Shown here piece by piece: positions 55,752-64,000 of a DNA stretch of 64,000 nucleotides. The DNA is from Candidatus Lindowbacteria bacterium RIFCSPLOWO2_12_FULL_62_27 (GTDB lineage Bacteria; Lindowbacteria; 2-12-FULL-62-27): assembly GCA_001784175.1 (NCBI GenBank), contig MFPR01000004.1:248001-312000 (forward strand), in the 5' to 3' direction. Both the position numbers and the translations under genes were made by a program. Below the pieces are notes generated by a model. That model did no database searches. It saw only the letters and a program-made list of their open reading frames with translations, and was not told where the DNA came from. Position 1 is the first letter of the stretch; the number at the start of each line of letters is the position of its first letter.

Positions 55752-57638
55752 ATGTTCCTGACCGCCGCGCTGTTTGCCGTTTCGAGTCTCGCCTGGGGGC
55801 CCGACCTGCGCTTTGACACCGCATACGCGCTGGAACTCGACCGCCAGTTTGATTCGGCGCGCATTTTGTATCGGCAGGCCGTCACGTCGCCCACCGACCC
55901 GATCGAGGCGCACCTCGGACTTTTGCGCGTGGCCGAGGACGATCCGACGGAAAGCGTTCCGGTCTACCCGCCGGATTCCGCGCATCCCCGCGGACATCTC
56001 CTGCACCTGTATTCCCGCCGCCTGGCATTTCAGGAAGATCCTGCGGACACGTGGTGGGTTCTTCCCGACAGCGACATCCGGGCGCAGATCCGGCAGGATA
56101 GCAGCCTCATCCACGCATGGGTGATTCTTCTCGCGATTTCCTCCAAGAACAATGACGCCTTCGAGCGCCTTGTGGAGAGCCGAGATTCGTTTATCGGCCA
56201 CCCGCTGTTTGACCATGCATTGCTGAGCGCGGCGATGAGCAGGAATATCGACACAGGGTGGCTTGCACGACTGATGAAAGTATATGAAAGCCGGCCGATG
56301 TGGGGGCTCTTTCATTCCTACTGGTGTCATGCTCACAGAAACGCTCCGGATCATGACACGCTCCTTCGCGCCGCAGCGGCGACCGGCGACAGAATGAGGG
56401 ACGACGCGTTATTTCGAATGGCGATCAAAGCGATGCCCAAAGACACGCCGCAGGCCAAGGCGCATCTGGAGGAGATATTGAGCCAGGGATGGAATAACAG
56501 CACCTATGGCGCAGTCCTCGCCCTGGCCGGTGTCCACCGCAGACTCGGCGACGAAACCGCCGCTCTCCGCGTGATGGAGGATTACGAGCGCCGCTACGGC
56601 GCGCGATACGTCAGCATGGGAAGCGAGCTGGCCGAGGCGGCGGAAAAAGCCGGGTGCCCGGACACGCACGTTGCCGCGTACTGGCGCATGGCCCTTGATC
56701 ACCACAAAGGAACGAGACGAGCCGCATTCAGCGACGGCAAATTGCATATCCGCCACCAGTTGGCCCTCGCGCTGATCAAGAGCGGCCGGCCGGGCGAGGC
56801 GCTGGAGCAGGTGGATCAGGCGCGGGGTGAAGCCTCCGGCCGGATTGAGAAACTGATGGTGTTTGCGCTGCAGTGCCACGCCTACATCGTGTGGCAGCCG
56901 GCGGTGCTGACGGCGTGGATTCTGACTTACACGCTGGCCGTGCTGGTATTTCCGATCACGCTGATCTATTTCGTTCGCCTGCCCGGAACGACATCCGGCA
57001 GCAAGCTCGCGGCGGCGACGGTGACGACCGCGATCCTGTGCCTGCAGACGGCGGCGACGCCGGACTTTGGCGCCGATTTCTGGACCTGGTCGGCCTTTTC
57101 CGCCGCGCGGAATTTTCTGCTGGTCGCGACCTCCCTGACGATTCTCGCATCCGAGGGCATCCGGCATCGGTTCGGATGGAAGGGCCTCGTGGAGGCAGGC
57201 GCCGTCGTTCTGATCGGCGGCGCGTGGTCATACGCGCTGTACGGGATCGAGCGCCCGGAGATGTCGCCGATCCTCAAAACCGTCATGGATCTTCCCAGCG
57301 AGTTTGGAATTCCGCTCGGGCCGGGCTGGCCAGCGGAGAAAACGTTGTCGTTTGTCGTGTCGGCGGCGTTCACCGAGGAACTCCTGTGCCGCCTTCTGCC
57401 GGTGGCCATCGCCGTCCGATCATTCGGCGGCCGGCCCGCCGCGCAGGGGGCGGCGCTGGCGCTGGCGACGCTCGCGTGGGCCGCGGCGCACGCGGGGATG
57501 GTGACGCCGGAATGGTGGAAATTCGTTCAGGTGACGGGCCTCGGCGCGCTTTTGAGCGTGCTGTTTCTCCGCCGCGGGTTCGTTGCGTGCATGGCCGCGC
57601 ACGGGATTTTCAACGCCATTGCCGTTTTCGTCCCATGA
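55752..57638 (+). CDS. TPR-like exported domain fused to a CPBP (Abi/CAAX) intramembrane metalloprotease
   Basis: C-terminal EELLCR, WAAAH, AHGIFN motifs. Confidence 0.75.
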   Translation: MFLTAALFAVSSLAWGPDLRFDTAYALELDRQFDSARILYRQAVTSPTDPIEAHLGLLRVAEDDPTESVPVYPPDSAHPRGHLLHLYSRRLAFQEDPADTWWVLPDSDIRAQIRQDSSLIHAWVILLAISSKNNDAFERLVESRDSFIGHPLFDHALLSAAMSRNIDTGWLARLMKVYESRPMWGLFHSYWCHAHRNAPDHDTLLRAAAATGDRMRDDALFRMAIKAMPKDTPQAKAHLEEILSQGWNNSTYGAVLALAGVHRRLGDETAALRVMEDYERRYGARYVSMGSELAEAAEKAGCPDTHVAAYWRMALDHHKGTRRAAFSDGKLHIRHQLALALIKSGRPGEALEQVDQARGEASGRIEKLMVFALQCHAYIVWQPAVLTAWILTYTLAVLVFPITLIYFVRLPGTTSGSKLAAATVTTAILCLQTAATPDFGADFWTWSAFSAARNFLLVATSLTILASEGIRHRFGWKGLVEAGAVVLIGGAWSYALYGIERPEMSPILKTVMDLPSEFGIPLGPGWPAEKTLSFVVSAAFTEELLCRLLPVAIAVRSFGGRPAAQGAALALATLAWAAAHAGMVTPEWWKFVQVTGLGALLSVLFLRRGFVACMAAHGIFNAIAVFVP

Positions 57639-58405
57639 TTGAGATCCACGATCTCGTCAAATGCTACGACGGCAAGACCGCCGTCGACCATCTCAGCCTT
57701 GCGGTCGGCGCGGGGGAGTGGCTGGTCTTCGCGGGGCCCAACGGGTCCGGCAAGACGACCACCATCAAGATCCTCGCGGCGCTGGCCGCGCCGACCTCCG
57801 GCGCCGTCCGGGTGGCCGGCCATGACGTGACGCGCCGGCCGGTCGAAGTCAAGCGGTCGATCGGATATTTGCCGGAAGATCTTTCGGCCTTCGGATATCT
57901 GACCGGTCTGGAATATCTGCACGTCATCGCCGCGTGCCACGACCTCGCGCCGGGGATTGAACGCGATCGCGCGGAGCGGCTGATCGATCTCTTCGACCTG
58001 CGCGACTACCGGCAGACCCTGGTCCGGACCTATTCGGTCGGCCTGTCCCGGCGGCTCACCCTTGCCGGCGCGCTTTTGCCCGATCCGCCCATTCTGCTTT
58101 TGGACGAGCCGACCGCAAATCTGGATCCCGAAAGCGCCTATCTGGTGCGGCAGGTGCTGAGAGGCCTCGTGGAGCGCGGCCGGACGGTGTTCATGTCGAC
58201 GCATCTCTTGACGTCGGCCGAAAAGGACGCATCGCGCGTGGCCTTCATCAAGGAGGGGAAACTGCTTCTCGACCGCAGTCTCCCCGCGCTGCGCGAGTCG
58301 TTCCCCGGGGACGATCTCGAAACCATTTTTCTGCGCGTGACCGAGCAGAAGGGCGAGGAGCGCGTCCGTGCTTTTCTGGACGGCGTGCCCCGGGTCGAAA
58401 GATGA
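57635..58405 (+). CDS. ABC transporter ATP-binding protein
   Basis: GPNGSGKTT, YSVGL, LLLDEPT, STH; ATGA overlap with the upstream gene. Confidence 0.93.
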   Translation: MIEIHDLVKCYDGKTAVDHLSLAVGAGEWLVFAGPNGSGKTTTIKILAALAAPTSGAVRVAGHDVTRRPVEVKRSIGYLPEDLSAFGYLTGLEYLHVIAACHDLAPGIERDRAERLIDLFDLRDYRQTLVRTYSVGLSRRLTLAGALLPDPPILLLDEPTANLDPESAYLVRQVLRGLVERGRTVFMSTHLLTSAEKDASRVAFIKEGKLLLDRSLPALRESFPGDDLETIFLRVTEQKGEERVRAFLDGVPRVER

Positions 58406-60015
58406 GTCTCCGGAGCCTGCGCCTGGAGCTGTGGATGCAGTCCCGGGTTCTGATCAATTCCTTTCTCTCAAACCGCATCGTGGCCGTTGGACTCGTGCTT
58501 CTTTTGGCAGGATACGTTTTTCAATGTTCGTATCTCGCAAGCGGGGTCAGCCGCCGTTTCAACCCCGGCGCGGAACCTCTCTCCGCCGAGATACTGACCG
58601 GATTCGAGACCTTCGGATACTTTTACAGCCTCTTCACGTTTTCTCTGGGGTTCCTCATCGCCGGCCTTACGCTGCCGGCGTGGAACCGCACGCGGAGCAA
58701 ATTTTTCCTGCCGCTGAGCCCCGGACAGCTCGCGGACGTGATCCTGTTCTCGCACGTGGCGCCGCTCACAATGCTCATGGTTTTTTTCGTTTCACCGCCG
58801 GCCATCGCCGCCGTCATTGGAGGCGCCCTTTCCGCGCCGCGCGCCGCGGGGCTATTTTTATTTTTTTCGATGGAGCTTCTGGAAAACATTTTTGCGGCCT
58901 CCATCCTGTCCGACATCATTCTCGGGATCGCGATCACGGGCCGGACCCGGCGCGCGTTTCTGTGGCGGATGGGCGGCATGACGGCGTGCCTGGCGGGCGC
59001 CGTCACTTTTCTCTTCCACAAGCTGGGCGCGGCGGCGTTCACGCAGCCGTTTCCGGGCGCCGTGGAGTGCGTGTTCGGCGGCCGGATCGCGCAGGGCCTC
59101 GCGATTCATCTGTTCGCCGTCGGCGGCCTCTATTACGTGGCCCGCGTCCTGACCCGGGACATCACCATCGGTCACTGGGAGAAATTCGTTTCGTTCATTC
59201 AGTCGGGCAAACCCGGGATCGCCCGGAATGTCTGGCGCGCGGCGGGCTCGGCCCTCAGGGAACCACTGCGGTCTTTGGCGCTGCGGGAATGGCTGTCGCT
59301 GACGCGCGACACGGTTCTTCTGCCCTTCGGCGTCGGCGTTCTGGGCGGCGCGGCGGGGGTTCTGGCCGTGCTGGGGATCACCGGCGGGGACGTTCTCCGC
59401 GATCTGGGCCGGCACCGGCAGTTTCTGGCGGGACTCTTCTTCGCTGAAAGTCTCGGATTCTACTTCATCTATCTGCATCTCTGTTTTTTTCTCTCGACGT
59501 CCTCGTACGGCGGCGAAGGCCGCGACATGGAACTTCTGGCGGCCCAGCCCATCGGTCCGGATCAGGTCCTCCGCGCGAAAACCGCGGTTCACGGCGCGAT
59601 GCTGGCCGCGCCGGTTCCGGTGATCGCCGCCTTCGGCCTCTGGCTGTCGCGTTATCAGCCGAACGTGCCGCCGATGTTCGTGGCGGCGATGGCGGCGGTG
59701 GCGATCGGCATGGCGATGTTTCTCCAGTGGACGGCCGTCTGCATGGGCGCGATTCTGCCCGACCCGAGGCGGCCCAACCGGTACATGGCGATCAATTCGA
59801 CGGGTCTCGGCGTCGCCTTCCTCGTGTGGCTGATGGCCGGGGCCTCCGTGGTGATTTCCGTCGCCGTGACGCGCTGGCTGCCCGGCCGGTTTCTGCACCT
59901 GCCCCTGGTGATGATCCTGCTCTGGCTGATCGTCGGCCTGGTGCTGCACCGGGAAGCTTCGAGAGCGATGGCGGAGTCGCACTGGGCGAGACCGGCGCGG
60001 GGGGTTGATCTTTAA
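58402..60015 (+). CDS. Putative ABC exporter permease
   Basis: About 12 TM; REW..L.RD, GEGRDMELL..PI....L.AK pattern; coupled to the ATPase. Confidence 0.75.
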   Translation: MSLRSLRLELWMQSRVLINSFLSNRIVAVGLVLLLAGYVFQCSYLASGVSRRFNPGAEPLSAEILTGFETFGYFYSLFTFSLGFLIAGLTLPAWNRTRSKFFLPLSPGQLADVILFSHVAPLTMLMVFFVSPPAIAAVIGGALSAPRAAGLFLFFSMELLENIFAASILSDIILGIAITGRTRRAFLWRMGGMTACLAGAVTFLFHKLGAAAFTQPFPGAVECVFGGRIAQGLAIHLFAVGGLYYVARVLTRDITIGHWEKFVSFIQSGKPGIARNVWRAAGSALREPLRSLALREWLSLTRDTVLLPFGVGVLGGAAGVLAVLGITGGDVLRDLGRHRQFLAGLFFAESLGFYFIYLHLCFFLSTSSYGGEGRDMELLAAQPIGPDQVLRAKTAVHGAMLAAPVPVIAAFGLWLSRYQPNVPPMFVAAMAAVAIGMAMFLQWTAVCMGAILPDPRRPNRYMAINSTGLGVAFLVWLMAGASVVISVAVTRWLPGRFLHLPLVMILLWLIVGLVLHREASRAMAESHWARPARGVDL

Positions 60016-60063
60016 ATTCGACAAGGTATAACTTGCGTCAATATTTACAGGAGGAACGGAAAG

Positions 60064-60351
60064 ATGCCCACGTACGATTATGAATGCGGGTCGTGCGGCC
60101 ATCGCTGGGAGGCGTTTCAGAACATGACCGCGAGGCCCGCGAAGAAATGCCCGGACTGCGGCCGGCCCAAGGCCCGGCGGCTCCTGACGGCCGGCGGCGG
60201 GGTCCTTTTCAAGGGCAGCGGATTCCACACCACCGACTACCGGTCGGAATCCTACAAGAAAGCCGCGTCGGCCGATTCGGTCAAATCCGGCGGGGCGTCC
60301 ACACCCAAATCGGAAGGAAAACCCGCCGCGAGCAAGCCAGCGGAGAAATAA
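60064..60351 (+). CDS. FmdB-family zinc-ribbon protein
   Basis: MPTYDYECGSCGH..CPDCG..FKGSGF..TDY; AGGAGG SD. Confidence 0.92.
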   Translation: MPTYDYECGSCGHRWEAFQNMTARPAKKCPDCGRPKARRLLTAGGGVLFKGSGFHTTDYRSESYKKAASADSVKSGGASTPKSEGKPAASKPAEK

Positions 60352-60352
60352 T

Positions 60353-60907
60353 TCAGTCTTTCAGGCGGTCCTCGATCTTGTGGAGGATCCGGTGCGCGAG
60401 ATTTTTCGCGCCGAGCTCGTCCGTGTCGACGGCGACGTGGGCCACGCGCACGTAAAACGGCGCGCGGCGGCGCATGATGTCGCGCTCGGTCTGTCCGTCG
60501 CCGAGCGCCGGCCGGCAGGAGTCGGCGGCGACCCGGGATTCGAGCCGGGCGGGTTCGGCGCGCAGAAAGACGACGACGGCGCCGGTTCGCAGGAGCCGCG
60601 CCTTGCGGGCGCTGTATCGCTCGGCGCCGCGGCGGTCGAGGTCGACGACGACGCCGCCGCCGCAATCGACGATCACGTTTTCAAGCGCTGATATTTTTTT
60701 CAGGATTTCAAACTCTTTCTGCCGGAAAAACCGCCAAGCCGCGACCCCACCGCCTTTTTGCCGGATGATGTCCGCCACCGGCCGGCCGCCGCATTCGTAG
60801 GAAACCAGCACATCGGTGCTGATGACCGGCCGGCGCAGAAGCACGGACAGCCGGCGCGCGGCGCGGCTCTTGCCGGCGCCGCGGGGGCCGACGAGGCAAA
60901 TCCTCAT
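60353..60907 (-). CDS. aroK: Shikimate kinase
   Basis: GPRGAGKS, D, FRQKE, DCGGGVV, RPAL, R.PFY. Confidence 0.85.
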   Translation of the reverse strand: MRICLVGPRGAGKSRAARRLSVLLRRPVISTDVLVSYECGGRPVADIIRQKGGGVAAWRFFRQKEFEILKKISALENVIVDCGGGVVVDLDRRGAERYSARKARLLRTGAVVVFLRAEPARLESRVAADSCRPALGDGQTERDIMRRRAPFYVRVAHVAVDTDELGAKNLAHRILHKIEDRLKD

Positions 60908-62386
60908 CTACAAATTTTTATCGAGCGCGGCGCAGAGCGTTTCGAGGGCCTTGACGCGGGCCCAATACTTGCAGTTGCCTTCGATGACGGTCCACGGCGC
61001 GTGGGGCGTGCTGGTCTTCTCGATCATGTCCGATACGGCCTTTTCGTACTGCGGCCACTTCTCGCGGTTGCGCCAGTCCTCCTCGGTCAACTTCCACCGC
61101 TTGTATTCGATCGACTCGCGCTCCTTGAACCGCCGGAGCTGTTCGTCCTGATCGATGTGAATCCAGAACTTGACCAGAACCGTGCCGTAATTGGCGAGCT
61201 GCCGCTCGAACTCGTTGATCTCCTCAAAGGCCCGCCGCCATTCGTCCTCGGAACAAAATCCCTCCACCCGCTCGACCATGACGCGGCCGTACCAGGTGCG
61301 GTCGAAGACAGTGAGATGCCCGGCCTTGGGAAGGTGCCGCCAGAATCGCCAGAGGTAATGGTGGGTCGACTCGTCGCCCTTGGGCGCCGCGATGGGGATC
61401 ACCGAGTATCCGCGGGGATCGAGTTTTTCCGTGATCCGTTTGATGTTGCCGCCCTTGCCGGACGCGTCCCATCCCTCGTAGGTCACGATCACCGGCAGGC
61501 GCTTCGCGTACATCCGGTACTCGTAGTCCAGCAGCCGTTCCTGCAGGTCCTCGACCCGTTCGGCATATTCCTCCTTGGAGAGCTTCCGGCCGAGATCCGC
61601 CTTCGCCAGCGCTCCGGGCTTGGCGGCGGCCGCCGCCGGCGGCGCCTTGATGACGGGCGCTGCCAGTTTTTGGAACTTTTTGTCCAGCCCGGCCTTGATG
61701 GCCTCGATCACGGTCTGGACGGCCTTGACGGCGCTGTATCGCCGGTCATGAGCCTCGATGACCGTCCACGGCGCGTACGGCGTGCTGGTTTTCTTGAACA
61801 TGTCCTCGGCCGCCTCATAGAACTTCTCGTACGCCTTGTGATGCTTCCAATCGGTCTTGGACACCTTCCAGCCGCGGAAGGGGTCTTTCAGAAACCGTTT
61901 GAACCGCTGTTTCTGCTCTTTCTTGCTGATGTGGAGCCACAGCTTGACGAAGATCGCGCCGTCGGCCGCGAGGAGCCGTTCGAACTCGTTGATCTCGTCG
62001 TAGGCGCGGGACCATTCCTTTTTGGACGTGAGCTTGTCGACGCGCTCGACGAGGACACGGCCGTACCAGCTCCGGTCAAAAATTGCGATGTCGCCGCGGG
62101 CCGGAAGCTGGAGCCAGAATCGCCACAGGAAGGGCCGGAGCGCCTCCTCCTCGTTCGGCGCTTTGATGTGCCGCACCTTGAACCCGCGCGGATCGAGCCG
62201 CCGGACGAGCGTGCCGACGGTCGTGCCCTTGCCGGCGGCCTCCCAGCCTTCAAAGACGATGATGACCGGCGTTCCGGACTCCACGACTTTTCGCTGGAGC
62301 ACACCCAACTCGAACTGGAGTTTCTGAAAAATTTCGTGATGCTCTTTTTTGCCAAGTTTTATGTCGAAATTAGATTTTTCAAGCAC
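60908..62386 (-). CDS. ppk2: Two-domain polyphosphate kinase 2 (polyphosphate:AMP phosphotransferase-like)
   Basis: Two repeats of EGW(E/D)A(A/S)GKG..LDPRG..WRFW..FDR(S/T)WYGRV..EINEFE..K.W.HI; GTG start after AAGGAG. Confidence 0.93.
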   Translation of the reverse strand: MLEKSNFDIKLGKKEHHEIFQKLQFELGVLQRKVVESGTPVIIVFEGWEAAGKGTTVGTLVRRLDPRGFKVRHIKAPNEEEALRPFLWRFWLQLPARGDIAIFDRSWYGRVLVERVDKLTSKKEWSRAYDEINEFERLLAADGAIFVKLWLHISKKEQKQRFKRFLKDPFRGWKVSKTDWKHHKAYEKFYEAAEDMFKKTSTPYAPWTVIEAHDRRYSAVKAVQTVIEAIKAGLDKKFQKLAAPVIKAPPAAAAAKPGALAKADLGRKLSKEEYAERVEDLQERLLDYEYRMYAKRLPVIVTYEGWDASGKGGNIKRITEKLDPRGYSVIPIAAPKGDESTHHYLWRFWRHLPKAGHLTVFDRTWYGRVMVERVEGFCSEDEWRRAFEEINEFERQLANYGTVLVKFWIHIDQDEQLRRFKERESIEYKRWKLTEEDWRNREKWPQYEKAVSDMIEKTSTPHAPWTVIEGNCKYWARVKALETLCAALDKNL

Positions 62387-62792
62387 GCGATTTTCTCCTT
62401 TTCTTGTTCTTGGATTTCCCGGATGCCGGCGCGTCGGCCGGTTTTTCAGCGCCGTCCACAAGCTGATCAACAGCCATGCCAAGTACGACGAGGAGGTCCT
62501 CGAGTTTGCGGAGGTCCTTCCGGCGGCCCTTGTGGGGTTTCACGTTCAGGTCGCGGATCTTGCGCAGGATGATGGCAACCGCGCCGGCGTCGACCGCCGT
62601 CGCCTCTCCGAGCCGTCCGGCGATCTGCTCCGCCTGGGCCTCGAGCTTGGACACGTAGGCGGCAGCGATTTCCTTGGCGAGAGACCGGATGCGGCGGATT
62701 TCGATTTGCAAGGATTTGAGCGCCTCAAAGACGACCTGGGATCCCGGCTCGGCCTGGACCTTGGACTTCGACGACACGCCTGTTCTTCTCAT
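62379..62792 (-). CDS. Small basic helical hypothetical protein
   Basis: Overlaps both neighbouring genes; KPHKGRRKDLRKLE basic motif. Confidence 0.65.
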   Translation of the reverse strand: MRRTGVSSKSKVQAEPGSQVVFEALKSLQIEIRRIRSLAKEIAAAYVSKLEAQAEQIAGRLGEATAVDAGAVAIILRKIRDLNVKPHKGRRKDLRKLEDLLVVLGMAVDQLVDGAEKPADAPASGKSKNKKRRKSRA

Positions 62793-63496
62793 GACGGGAT
62801 CAGCGGCTCAATCTTGGCTTGAAGCTCCATCGAGACCCGCCGGGCCGAGCGGTTGGCATCGACGATGGTGAAACCGTAGATGGAACTCATGCGCATGAAC
62901 TCGGATTGAATGAGTTTCTGGTACCGGACGAAACTTTCGAACATGTCGCGGGAGAGGCCGATGTCCATGCCGGACTCCCAGTAGTTGAGGGTGGCATTTT
63001 TGAGGAAGTTTCGTTCGACGAGCTGTTTGGGATTGATCTTGAGATAAAAGACCGCGTCGGGCACGAGCGCCAGACCGTAGAGCGATTCGATCCACTGGCG
63101 GTCCGATCCCCGGACGAGGTCCCGGGCCATCAGCGTGTAGATGTATCGGTCGGCCAGGACCATGTAACCGGCCTTGAGGGCGGGGATCATGATATTTTCG
63201 AGCTGGTCGGCGAAGTCGGTGGCGTAGAAGAGGGAGAGGGTGACGGGATTGAGAACGTTTCCATCGAGGATCTCGCCGAGCTGTTTGCTGACGAGGTTGG
63301 AGCGCTTCAAGCCGATGTCGACGATGGCGTGTCCGCGGGACTCGAGCCACGATTTCAAAAATTCCACCTGCGTCGACCGGCCGGACCCGTCGGGGCCTTC
63401 GATCACGATCAGCATGCCCTTGAGGCTGTCGAGCGGGACACCGGAGAGTCCCTTGCCGTAGAATCGTTTGGACGGCAGGCGCTTTGCGGGGCTCAT
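62789..63496 (-). CDS. Thymidylate-kinase-like protein (copy 2)
   Basis: IEGPDGSGRST, DFADQLE..IPAL..G..VLADRYIYT..ARD, VPD. Confidence 0.88.
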   Translation of the reverse strand: MSPAKRLPSKRFYGKGLSGVPLDSLKGMLIVIEGPDGSGRSTQVEFLKSWLESRGHAIVDIGLKRSNLVSKQLGEILDGNVLNPVTLSLFYATDFADQLENIMIPALKAGYMVLADRYIYTLMARDLVRGSDRQWIESLYGLALVPDAVFYLKINPKQLVERNFLKNATLNYWESGMDIGLSRDMFESFVRYQKLIQSEFMRMSSIYGFTIVDANRSARRVSMELQAKIEPLIPS

Positions 63497-63999
63497 CGTT
63501 TGATTTTCCATTTAAAGACCGGCAGGTCGATTTTCTGAGCGACGATCCGCCGGACTTCCTTCTGCTGGTCCTCGATGCGGCGGGTGGCGTCGATGATCGT
63601 AAAGTTGTAGGGCCGGGCCATCGCGAGGTAGCGGTTGAGGATCCGGGACTGGAAAATTCTAAAGCTTTCATAAATGTCCGTCGAGAGATTCAGGTCCATG
63701 CCGGCTTCATGGTACTTGAGCTTGGGCCGCCCGTCCAGAATTCTCGTCAGGGCGACCTTGAGGGGTGTCTTGAAGAAAAACGTGATGTCGGGCTGGATCG
63801 CGAAACTGTAGAGCCGCGTAATCCAGTCCACGTTGCACCCGCGCACGATGTCGCGGGCGAAGGCCGTGTAGACGTAGCGGTCGCACAACACGATGTAGCC
63901 GGCGCGGAGGAGCGGCAGGACCTGGCTCTCGTAGCGGTCGGCGAAATCGGTGCAGTGGATGAGGCTGAAGGTGGTGGGCGTGAGAAGCTGGAGTTTTTT
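63493..63999 (-). CDS. Thymidylate-kinase-like protein (copy 1), 5' end outside window
   Basis: LTPTTFSLIHCTDFADRYE..G.IVLCDRYVYTAFARD..PDITF..YHEAGMD. Confidence 0.88.
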   Translation of the reverse strand, partial: KKLQLLTPTTFSLIHCTDFADRYESQVLPLLRAGYIVLCDRYVYTAFARDIVRGCNVDWITRLYSFAIQPDITFFFKTPLKVALTRILDGRPKLKYHEAGMDLNLSTDIYESFRIFQSRILNRYLAMARPYNFTIIDATRRIEDQQKEVRRIVAQKIDLPVFKWKIKR

Positions 64000-64000
64000 G

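Overview
High-GC bacterial chromosomal window, gene-dense, with no rRNA or tRNA genes seen. It contains: cofD with the AmmeMemoRadiSam A/B genes; a DegT aminotransferase; archease-rtcB; PolX-PHP; a three-subunit xanthine-dehydrogenase-family molybdoenzyme; ffh-rpsP-trmD-rplS (no rimM/khpA); an NtrC-type regulator; a GspH/I/J/K-like minor pilin cluster set among about 12 GT-C-fold glycosyltransferase genes (five TMTC-like TPR proteins); a double glycoside-hydrolase-like protein; rhuM plus a truncated type I-E cas1 fused to one CRISPR repeat; adenine deaminase; a pseudo-caspase/FGE protein; an ABC exporter; and a tandem dTMP-kinase-like/PPK2 polyphosphate operon. The most notable non-genic signals are (i) a stand-alone ~330-360 nt structured ncRNA candidate at 2421-2780 (minus strand) with its own sigma70 promoter and intrinsic terminator, matching no RNA family I recognise, (ii) several families of palindromic repeats translated inside proteins, including TrmD, (iii) widespread leaderless-type promoters, and (iv) an 87-bp divergent promoter module duplicated together with a glycosyltransferase paralog. 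All calls come from reading motifs by eye; no database searches were run.
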